Shown: one piece after another, positions 40,399 through 47,941 of the stretch
Layout of the letters: each line of letters opens with the position of its first letter
Numbering within the stretch: position 1 is the stretch's first letter
Assembly (NCBI GenBank): GCA_019689675.1
Contig: JADGGZ010000001.1
Span: 1,912-65,911 of the forward strand
Origin: Rhodospirillales bacterium
Lineage (GTDB): Bacteria > Pseudomonadota > Alphaproteobacteria > ATCC43930 > CGMCC-115725
Direction: 5' to 3'
Length of the DNA: 64,000 bases
Notes under the pieces: model-generated
What the model was told of the DNA's origin: nothing
The model's input: only the letters and a program-made list of their open reading frames with translations
Databases searched by the model: none
Position numbers and translations under genes: made by a program

Positions 40399-42135
40399 TC
40401 AGGCGGTCTGCTTCTGCGCCAGCGTGTGGCCGCGTTGTGCCGCGACCTGCTGCTGCGCCACCTTTTGTGCCGCCGCGTTGAGCTTGGCGATCACCTCGGC
40501 GCGGTCGCCGAACGCGTCGACCATTCCGTGACGCAGCACGAGGAGCTTGTCGGCCTGGCCGAGGATGCTCGGTCGATGCGCGATGACGACGACGGTGGTG
40601 CCCTGCGCTTTCAGATGCGTGATCGCGCGCACGAGCGCCTCCTCGCCCTCGTGATCGAGGCTGGCGTTCGGCTCGTCGAGCACGACGAGCCGCGGCCTTC
40701 CGAAGAGCGCCCGCGCGAGTCCGAGGCGCTGGCGCTGCCCGCCCGAAAGCTTGAGCCCGCCTTCGCCGATCTCGCTGTCGTAGCCGCGCGGCAGGCGCAT
40801 GATCGTCTCGTGCAGCCCGACGAGCGTCGCCGCCTCGATCACCTGCGCCGGTTCCGCGTTGGCGAGGCGCGCGATGTTCTCCCGCACGGAGCCGGCGAAG
40901 AGCTCGATGTCCTGCGGCAGGTAGCCGATATGCTTCGCTCCGCCGGAATCGAGCCAGACCTGGATGTCGGCGCCGTCGAGGCGCACGTTGCCGGCGGTCG
41001 GGATCCACGAGCCCGCGATGAGGCGGGCGAGCGTCGACTTGCCCGCGGCTGAGGGACCGATGATGCCGAGGACCTGACCCGGGTTGAGCCCGAAGGACAC
41101 GCCGCGCAGCGCCGGCGTGTCCGAGCCCGGCGGCACGTAGGTGACGCGCTCGACGACGAGCTCGCCCTCCGGCCGCGGCAGCTCCATGCCCTTCTCGCGC
41201 GGCGGCGCCGAACGGAGGAGCTCGTCGAGGCGGCGATAGGCGAGGCGCGCGGAGACCAGCGACTTCCAGGTCCCGATGGCGTTCTCGACCGGCGCCAGCG
41301 CGCGGCCGAGAAGGAAGGAGCTCGCGAACATCGCGCCGGCGCTCGCCTCCTGATGGATGACGAGCCAGGCGCCGGTCGCCAGGATCACCGTCTGGACCAT
41401 GAGCCGCGCGTATTTCGAAAGGCCGAGCACGATGGCTCCGCGATTGCCGGCCTCCAGGGTCGCCGCGCGGCCTTCGCGGTTGTCCCGCCGCCACAGCCGC
41501 ACGATGCCGTCCAGCATTCCCATCGCGCGGATGACTTCGGCGTTGCGCAGCGCCGACTCGGTCCGGGTATGGGTGCGGTTCACCGCGAGGTTGGCGCTGC
41601 GGAGCGGCCGGCGCGTCGAGAACTCGTTGACGAGGGCGAGGCCGAAGAGGAGCACGCCGCCCAGCACGCCGACGACGCCCAGCATCGGGTGGAGCACGAA
41701 CAGCAACAGGATGAAGAGCGGCGCCCAGGGCGCATCGAGCAGCGGCGCGATCGCCGGGCCGGAAAGGAAGCCCTTCACCGTGGCGAGGTCGCGCAGGCTC
41801 TGGCCCGCCTTGGTCGGCTCATGGCGAAGCGCGACGTGGAGCGCGCTGCCGAGGACCGCCGGGCCGAGCCGCTCGTCGAGCCACATCCCGAGCCGGGCGA
41901 GAAGCTGTCCGCGAAGCGCGTCCATGACCGCCAGCACGGCGAGCGCGATCCCCGTGATGAGGGTCAGCATCAGGAGCGTGTCGATGCTGCGCGACGACAG
42001 GACGTGGTCGAAGACCTGCATCATGTATATCGGCGAGGCCAGGACCAGAAGGTTCAGAGCGAAGCTGAAGACAAGCAGAACGGCTGCGGTGCCTCGGCAC
42101 GCTCTGAGTGCGGACTGGATTTCGGTTTCGCGCAT
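40399..42135 (-). CDS. type I secretion system permease/ATPase (PrtD/AprD type, no C39 or CLD domain)
   Basis: 578 aa with six TM helices, Walker A GPSAAGKST, signature LSGGQRQR and Walker B LVVLDEP. Confidence 0.9.
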   Translation of the reverse strand: MRETEIQSALRACRGTAAVLLVFSFALNLLVLASPIYMMQVFDHVLSSRSIDTLLMLTLITGIALAVLAVMDALRGQLLARLGMWLDERLGPAVLGSALHVALRHEPTKAGQSLRDLATVKGFLSGPAIAPLLDAPWAPLFILLLFVLHPMLGVVGVLGGVLLFGLALVNEFSTRRPLRSANLAVNRTHTRTESALRNAEVIRAMGMLDGIVRLWRRDNREGRAATLEAGNRGAIVLGLSKYARLMVQTVILATGAWLVIHQEASAGAMFASSFLLGRALAPVENAIGTWKSLVSARLAYRRLDELLRSAPPREKGMELPRPEGELVVERVTYVPPGSDTPALRGVSFGLNPGQVLGIIGPSAAGKSTLARLIAGSWIPTAGNVRLDGADIQVWLDSGGAKHIGYLPQDIELFAGSVRENIARLANAEPAQVIEAATLVGLHETIMRLPRGYDSEIGEGGLKLSGGQRQRLGLARALFGRPRLVVLDEPNASLDHEGEEALVRAITHLKAQGTTVVVIAHRPSILGQADKLLVLRHGMVDAFGDRAEVIAKLNAAAQKVAQQQVAAQRGHTLAQKQTA

Positions 42136-42292
42136 CGGGCTCTTCCGGGCACTGAGTGAGGTCCGCGGAAGGTGGCGGGATATGGTTAATGAAAATTCAA
42201 GCCCGTCTCGCGAGAGGGTTCTGATACTTCACGAAACCTATGGTTTTGTTTGAGACACTCTCGATTAACTTTCTAATGCGACTTTCCTCATC

Positions 42293-43129
42293 ATGACCTC
42301 CGCCGCCGTTGCCCGCGCCGCCGCGCTGCCCGATCCGGAGCTGGTCAGTGGGATTCGCCGCGCCAGCCGCGCTGCCGGCGTCGACTTCGGCTACCTCATG
42401 GCGCAGGCCGCGCGGGAAAGCGGGTTCCGTCCCGACGCCAAGGCGCGCACGAGCTCGGCGACCGGGCTCTTCCAGTTCGTCGAGGCCACCTGGCTCGACC
42501 TCGTCAAGCGGCACGGGGGAGCGCACGGTATCGTGGCCGACGCGTCCGACGCCGAGCTTCTGGCGCTGCGCGAGGATCCCGCGCTCTCGGCGGCCATGGC
42601 GGCCGAGTACGCGCGCGAAAACAAGGCGAGGCTCGAGACGGCGCTCGGGCGCGAGGCGGGCAGGGCCGAGCTCGCGCTTGCGCATTTTCTCGGGCCGGGC
42701 GGCGCGATCCGCTTCCTCGAGGGTCTTGCCGCCAATGCCGGGACCGAGGCTGCCAGGCTCCTCCCCGAGGCCGCTGCCGCGAACCGTTCGGTCTTCTACG
42801 GCCGCGACGGGGCCGCTCGCAGCCTCGGCGAGATCTGGGACGATTTCAGCCGCCGCATCGAGCGCGAGGCGGCGGCGTGGAGCGCACCCGAACCTCTCGC
42901 GGCCCTGCATGCGCCCGCCGCTACGGAACCGGCGACCGGAACGGCTCGCGGAATTCCCGAAGCCCGCCCCGCGACGTCGGAGGCCGTCCCCGCTCGGGCG
43001 AGGCTTTCGGCGCCGCGCCTCAGCCGCCCGACCCTCGCGATGCTCGACGCGCTCGCCTTCGTCGCGCTGAAGCTGATCGGTCAAGGGGCGGAGTCGAATC
43101 GGGCATACTCGCGCCGCGAAGACTTGTGA
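42293..43129 (+). CDS. lytic transglycosylase (SLT domain) protein
   Basis: AQAARESGFRPDAKARTSSATGLFQF (the E-S ... GLxQ motif). No obvious N-terminal signal peptide. Confidence 0.75.
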   Translation: MTSAAVARAAALPDPELVSGIRRASRAAGVDFGYLMAQAARESGFRPDAKARTSSATGLFQFVEATWLDLVKRHGGAHGIVADASDAELLALREDPALSAAMAAEYARENKARLETALGREAGRAELALAHFLGPGGAIRFLEGLAANAGTEAARLLPEAAAANRSVFYGRDGAARSLGEIWDDFSRRIEREAAAWSAPEPLAALHAPAATEPATGTARGIPEARPATSEAVPARARLSAPRLSRPTLAMLDALAFVALKLIGQGAESNRAYSRREDL

Positions 43130-43320
43130 TTTGGTGGTCGAAATAAGTCCTATTTGGACTTGACTTATCCCTGAAAGGACATTACCGAGGTCGGGCCCGG
43201 TGCCGGCGATCCGTCGCGCGTGCCGTCGCGCAGCGAGGAGAATCCCGCGCGGCCGGCGCGCGGGACCCGGGCGCGCAGGGAGGAGAGCCTGCATTTTTCC
43301 TGCATTTGCAGGAGCGCGGG

Positions 43321-43941
43321 TCAGTCGCAGACCCGATAGGGACCGAGGTCGAGATGGAAGTGATCTCGGTGGTTCCGGTCGGTCTCGGGCGTCAGGACGA
43401 TTGAGAAATACCGGCACGCGCCGGTCGCAACGGCGCGGAGGAACCGCCCCGCGTTGCCCTCGTTCCAGTCGCGGGCGACGCTGATCCGGCGCCCGTCGGC
43501 GAGCTCGAACCCGGCGAGGTCGAGCGCGCGCCCGCTCGCGTGCTCGCTCATCCGAAAGAGGCTGCCCGTGCGCCGACGGCAGTCCCAGGCGCCGAGATGG
43601 CTGAGGCGCCGGACGGGCTGGCCGAAATGGCGCGCGGCCTCCGGCTGCACGACGTCTCGGGTGAAAGCGGCGAGGGCGGCCGCGAGCGGGCAGCCGACGA
43701 GCGCGGGCCGCTCGAGCACGGCGCCCCCGGCGGCCTCGACCCGGATCGGGTCGGCGATGGCACAGCGCCTGCGGCCGCTCGGAGAGGCGGCGGGCGTCCA
43801 CCGGACAGCCTCCGGCGCGAGTGCCGCGTAGCAGGCGGCGCCGGCGGCATAGCGCGGCGGCGGCGGCATCGGAGGCCGATCGGCGGCGCAGCCGGCGAGC
43901 ACGAAGAGAGCGAGAAACCGGAAGAAGAGGCGGCTGCTCAG
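43321..43941 (-). CDS. extensin-like C-terminal domain lipoprotein
   Basis: Lipobox FVLAGC, then ...GRALDLAGFELADGRRISV...HRDHFHLDLG, typical of the Extensin_like_C family. There is no ATG/GTG/TTG near the signal peptide, so I placed the start at CTG 43941 (GGGAAGG lies 8 nt upstream). The start is uncertain. Confidence 0.6.
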   Translation of the reverse strand: MSSRLFFRFLALFVLAGCAADRPPMPPPPRYAAGAACYAALAPEAVRWTPAASPSGRRRCAIADPIRVEAAGGAVLERPALVGCPLAAALAAFTRDVVQPEAARHFGQPVRRLSHLGAWDCRRRTGSLFRMSEHASGRALDLAGFELADGRRISVARDWNEGNAGRFLRAVATGACRYFSIVLTPETDRNHRDHFHLDLGPYRVCD

Positions 43942-43956
43942 CGTTACAACCTTCCC

Positions 43957-44964
43957 ATGTCGATTCCAGACAACGACCGGCGCCTCGACGTCTTCCGCGG
44001 TGCGAGAGTGCTCATCACCGGAGGGCTCGGCTTCATCGGCTCGACGCTCGCGCGCCGCCTGGCGACGCTCGGCGCCGACGTTCTCATCGTCGACAGCCTC
44101 ATCCCGGAATACGGCGGCAATCTGTTCAACATCGCCGGATTCGAAGACCGCGTCAGCGTCAATATCTCGGACATCCGCGACATCTACGGCCTGAAGCACC
44201 TCCTCAAGGGGCGCCAGTACCTCTTCAACCTCGCGGGGCAGACGAGCCATCTCGACTCGATGGCGGAGCCCGTGATCGACCTCGAGATCAATTGCCGGGC
44301 ACAGCTCACTCTGCTCGAGGCGTGCCGGCAGGTGGCGCCCGACATCAAGATCGTCTTCGCCTCGACCCGGCAGATTTACGGCCGCCCGGCCTATCTCCCG
44401 GTCGACGAGCGCCATCCGCTCCACCCGGTCGACGTCAACGGCGTCAACAAGATGGCCGGCGAGGCCTATCACATCCTCTATCACGAGGTGTACGGCATCC
44501 GGGCCTGCGCGCTGCGCCTCACCAACACCTACGGGCCGCGCATGCGGATCAAGGATGCGCGGCAGACCTTCGTCGGGATCTGGGTGCGCGCCGTCCTCGA
44601 GGGAAAGCCGTTCGAGGTCTGGGGCGGCGACCAGCTCCGCGACTTCACCTACGTCGACGACGCGGTCGATGCCTTTCTTCTTGCCGCGACCACGGACGCG
44701 GCGGCGGGGCGCGTCTTCAACGTCGGCGGAGAGGAGGTGGTCAGCCTCCGGGAGCTGGCGGATGCGCTCGTCGCCGCGAACGGCAGCGGCCGATACGTCG
44801 TCCGCGAGTTTCCTGCCGAGCGCAAGCGGATCGACATCGGCGATTACTACGCCGCCGACTCGCTGTTCCGCGAGACGGTGCAGTGGCGGGCGCGCGTGCC
44901 GCTCGCCGAGGGGCTCCAGCGGACGCTCGCCTTCTTCCGCGAGAACCTGGAGCGGTACCTGTGA
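43957..44964 (+). CDS. NAD-dependent sugar epimerase/dehydratase
   Basis: VLITGGLGFIGSTLARRL, YxxxK region (GEAYHILYH), 335 aa. Confidence 0.85.
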   Translation: MSIPDNDRRLDVFRGARVLITGGLGFIGSTLARRLATLGADVLIVDSLIPEYGGNLFNIAGFEDRVSVNISDIRDIYGLKHLLKGRQYLFNLAGQTSHLDSMAEPVIDLEINCRAQLTLLEACRQVAPDIKIVFASTRQIYGRPAYLPVDERHPLHPVDVNGVNKMAGEAYHILYHEVYGIRACALRLTNTYGPRMRIKDARQTFVGIWVRAVLEGKPFEVWGGDQLRDFTYVDDAVDAFLLAATTDAAAGRVFNVGGEEVVSLRELADALVAANGSGRYVVREFPAERKRIDIGDYYAADSLFRETVQWRARVPLAEGLQRTLAFFRENLERYL

Positions 44965-46082
44965 TCGCGCAATGCGACCTCGCGGCCGGCTATCTCGCGC
45001 ATCGGGACGCGATCGATGCGGCGGTGCGCCGGGTGCTCGAAAGCGGCTGGTACATCCTCGGCCAGGAGGTCGCCGCCTTCGAGAGCGAGTTCGCGGCCTA
45101 TATCGGCGTGGCGCACGGAGTCGGGGTCGGCAACGGCACCGATGCTCTCGCGCTGGCGCTGCGCGCGGTCGGCGTCGCGCCGGGCGATCTCGTCGCCACC
45201 GTGTCGCACACTGCGGTCGCCACCGTCGCGGCGATCGAGATGGTCGGGGCGCGGCCGCTCCTCGTCGACATCGAGCCCGAGACCTTTACCATGGACCCTG
45301 CCTCGCTCGAGCGAGCGCTGCGCGAGGCGCCGGGGCGCGTCGCGGCGGTCGTGCCGGTCCATCTCTACGGTCAGGCGGCGGACCTCGCGGCGATCACCGG
45401 CCTCGCCGGTCAGCACGGCGCGGCGCTCGTCGAGGATTGCGCGCAGGCGCATGGCGCGATGCTCGACGGTCGCCGGCTCGGCACGTTCGGCGATGCCGCG
45501 TGCTTCAGCCTCTACCCGACGAAGAATCTGGGCGCCCTCGGCGACGGGGGGATCGTCGTGACGAAGGACGAAGCCCTCGCGGCAAAGCTCCGCGAGCTGC
45601 GCGAGTACGGCTGGCGCGAGCGCTATGTCAGCCATGTCGCCGGGGTCAATTCGAGGCTCGACGAGCTGCAGGCGGCGATCCTCCGCGCGAAGCTCCCGGC
45701 GCTCGACCGCGAGAACGCCCGCCGCGCGGAAATCGCGGCGGGCTACGACGCGGGACTCGCCGGCAGCGGGCTCGCGCTTCCCGTGCGCCGGCCCGGCGCA
45801 AGCCACGTCTTCCATCAGTACGTCGTCCGCGCGCCGGCGCGCGATGCCCTCCGGGAGCGCCTCCGCGCGGCCGGGATCGGAACAAACATCCACTATCCCG
45901 TGCCGGTGCATCTGCAGCCGGCCTATCGCGGCCGCGTGCTCCTCGCTCCGGGCGGGCTGCCGGCGAGCGAGGCGGCGGCGCGGGAGGTGCTGAGCCTGCC
46001 GATGTATCCGCAGCTCGATGACGACGCGGTGCGGCGGGTGACAGCCGTCCTTCGCGAAATCGGCGCCGCGCGCGAGGCGTGA
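44961..46082 (+). CDS. DegT/DnrJ/EryC1/StrS-family sugar aminotransferase
   Basis: GNGTDAL, LYPTKNLGALGDGG (PLP lysine), SRLDELQAAIL. The GTG overlaps the epimerase stop (GTGA). Confidence 0.9.
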   Translation: MIAQCDLAAGYLAHRDAIDAAVRRVLESGWYILGQEVAAFESEFAAYIGVAHGVGVGNGTDALALALRAVGVAPGDLVATVSHTAVATVAAIEMVGARPLLVDIEPETFTMDPASLERALREAPGRVAAVVPVHLYGQAADLAAITGLAGQHGAALVEDCAQAHGAMLDGRRLGTFGDAACFSLYPTKNLGALGDGGIVVTKDEALAAKLRELREYGWRERYVSHVAGVNSRLDELQAAILRAKLPALDRENARRAEIAAGYDAGLAGSGLALPVRRPGASHVFHQYVVRAPARDALRERLRAAGIGTNIHYPVPVHLQPAYRGRVLLAPGGLPASEAAAREVLSLPMYPQLDDDAVRRVTAVLREIGAAREA

Positions 46083-46121
46083 TCGCGTCTGACGCGCGCC
46101 GGGCGCGGGAGGGCGGGGAGG

Positions 46122-47045
46122 TCAGAGGCCGAGCGCCGAAAGCGCCGGGCCGAGCTCTTGGCGGGTCTCGCCGAGCTTCTCCCACGGATCGGAGCGCCGC
46201 CGTGCGATCAGTGCCGGCACGGTGCGCAGCGAGAACGCGCTCTGATCGAGGCCCGGCCCGAGATCCGACCAGGCGATCGGCATCGATACGGTGGCGCCGC
46301 GGCGGGCGCGGGTGGAATAGGCCGCCACCGCGGTCGCGCCGCGCCCGTTCCGGAGATAATCGACGAAGATCCGGCCGCCGCGCGCCTTCTTCGCCATCGC
46401 GATCGTGAACCGCTCCGGCGCGTCCTTCGCCATGCCGGCGGCGAAAGCGCGTGCGAACGGCTTCACGACGCTCCAGTCGTGGCGCGGCTCGATCGGCACG
46501 ACCACGTGAAGCCCCTTGCCGCCCGTCGTCTTGAGAAAGCTCTCGAGGCCGAGCGCGGCGAGGCGGTCGCGGACCTCGAAAGCGGCCGTCGCCACCCGGT
46601 CCCAGGCGACGTCCGGGCCGGGGTCGAGATCGAAGACGAGCCGGTCGGGCGTCTCGAGGCGGTCGATGGTGGAGCCCCAGGGATGAATTTCGAGCACCCC
46701 CATCTGCGCCAGCGCGACGAGACCGGCACGATCGTCGATCCAGAGATAGGTCGAGCTTCCCTTCTCGTGTTCCGCCGTCCCGGTACCGTCGGGGATCTCG
46801 ACGCGCCGCACCTCGTCGGGAACGCCCGAGCCGACATGCTTCTGGAAGAAGCACGCCTCGCCCGAGCCTTCGGGGCAACGCACGAGGCTCAGCGGACGGC
46901 GCGCCATATGCGGCAGCGCAGCGTCGGCGACAGCGACGTAGTACTCGGCGAGCGCCTGCTTCGTGATTCCCTGCTCGGCGTAGAGAACCTTGTCCGGGCT
47001 GGTGAGGCGGACGCCTTCGATCGCTACTGCGGCGTTTCCCGTCAT
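46122..47045 (-). CDS. stand-alone LigD-type polymerase/primase domain protein (NHEJ PolDom)
   Basis: 307 aa: LTSPDKVLY, RCPEG...CFFQKH, LVFDLDPGP, KTTGGKGLHVVVP, IFVDYLRN. Confidence 0.85.
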   Translation of the reverse strand: MTGNAAVAIEGVRLTSPDKVLYAEQGITKQALAEYYVAVADAALPHMARRPLSLVRCPEGSGEACFFQKHVGSGVPDEVRRVEIPDGTGTAEHEKGSSTYLWIDDRAGLVALAQMGVLEIHPWGSTIDRLETPDRLVFDLDPGPDVAWDRVATAAFEVRDRLAALGLESFLKTTGGKGLHVVVPIEPRHDWSVVKPFARAFAAGMAKDAPERFTIAMAKKARGGRIFVDYLRNGRGATAVAAYSTRARRGATVSMPIAWSDLGPGLDQSAFSLRTVPALIARRRSDPWEKLGETRQELGPALSALGL

Positions 47046-47111
47046 TGTCGCTCAGGGGAACGATACGGGTGAGGGTGCTGTTCCTTCGGGTAAAGCCCGT
47101 CCAATCAGGAG

Positions 47112-47363
47112 ATGATGATGTCGTTGCGGATCACGATGATTTCCCTCGCATGCGTGTCGCTTCTGGCCGCGTGCGGCACGACGACGGAGGACCGCGCGAT
47201 CAGCGGCGGTGCGCTCGGCGCGGGTGTCGGCGCAGGCGCGGGAGCGCTCACCGGCGGAAACGTGCTCGGCGGCGCGTTGCTCGGCGGCGCGGCCGGCGCG
47301 GCGGGCGGTGCCCTTACCGACGAAAAGGATATCGATCTCGGCAGGCCGATCTGGAAGCGCTGA
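47112..47363 (+). CDS. glycine-zipper lipoprotein
   Basis: Lipobox LLAACG followed by GGALGAGVGAGAGALTGGNVLGGALLGGAAGAAGGA. Confidence 0.75.
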   Translation: MMMSLRITMISLACVSLLAACGTTTEDRAISGGALGAGVGAGAGALTGGNVLGGALLGGAAGAAGGALTDEKDIDLGRPIWKR

Positions 47364-47391
47364 GCGCGCCCCGAAGCGCTCGGCGCGATTG

Positions 47392-47472
47392 CTAGCCTGC
47401 GAGGGCGAGTCCGACGAGGAAAACGAGTGCGATCGCAGAGATCGCCGACCAGGCGTCTGCCGACAGCAACAT
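47392..47472 (-). CDS. candidate 26-aa hydrophobic micro-protein
   Basis: MLLSADAWSAISAIALVFLVGLALAG*. The ATG follows GGGAGGGGG by 6 nt. Below the ORF-track size cut-off. Confidence 0.4.
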   Translation of the reverse strand: MLLSADAWSAISAIALVFLVGLALAG

Positions 47473-47568
47473 GACGCGCCCCCTCCCGGCTTCGTTCGAC
47501 CGGTCGAGCTTCCGCCCCTAATCGTTAGCGACTCGTAAACGCGCTCGGCGAGAGCGCGAGCGGGCGAC

Positions 47569-47600
47569 GACCAGGAATCGCCGAGACCAGGAATCGCCGA
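47569..47600. repeat. perfect tandem duplication of a 16-mer (GACCAGGAATCGCCGA x2), plus a degenerate third copy at 47605-47620
   Basis: Read directly from the sequence. It lies in the divergent spacer between the two small ORFs. Confidence 0.8.
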
Positions 47601-47690
47601 CGATGACCTGGAAATGACCCGAGGCGCGCCACACATTCTTCATGTTTCGGCGCGAGAGTCGCGCTGTCAGCACATTGCACGGGAGGGCGA

Positions 47691-47855
47691 ATGTCGCGCA
47701 CTTGGAATTGCCGCCGCGAGCCGACCCTCAAGGAGCTGCTCGAGGACGACGTGATGCGCCTCGCGATGCGGAGCGCCGGCCTCGACGCGGAAACCTTCAA
47801 ACTGCAGCTTCGCGAGGCGGCGGAGCGGATGCGCGCCGACATCGAGGCGCGCTGA
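47691..47855 (+). CDS. candidate 54-aa hypothetical protein
   Basis: MSRTWNCRREPTLKELLEDDVMRLAMRSAGLDAETFKLQLREAAERMRADIEAR*. The ATG follows GGGAGGG by 3 nt. Composition is protein-like, unlike the Arg-rich overlapping ORF 47642-47932. Confidence 0.5.
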   Translation: MSRTWNCRREPTLKELLEDDVMRLAMRSAGLDAETFKLQLREAAERMRADIEAR

Positions 47856-47941
47856 TCGAGCGGCGTACGCCGGGTCGGCGCGGCGCCGCGCTGCCCTCGC
47901 GGGTGGCGCCCGGGGTCGCGGGAGCGCTATAGAGCGCTTCC

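Noticed and set aside
43321-44484. Long (387-aa) version of the extensin-like ORF starting at 44484
   Set aside because: The extra ~180 N-terminal residues are antisense to the well-supported epimerase gene and precede a complete lipoprotein signal peptide. The real gene must start near 43941.
47642-47932. 96-aa plus-strand ORF listed in the track
   Set aside because: It has Arg/Gly/Pro-rich composition and no ribosome-binding site. A different frame contains a 54-aa ORF with a strong SD and protein-like sequence.
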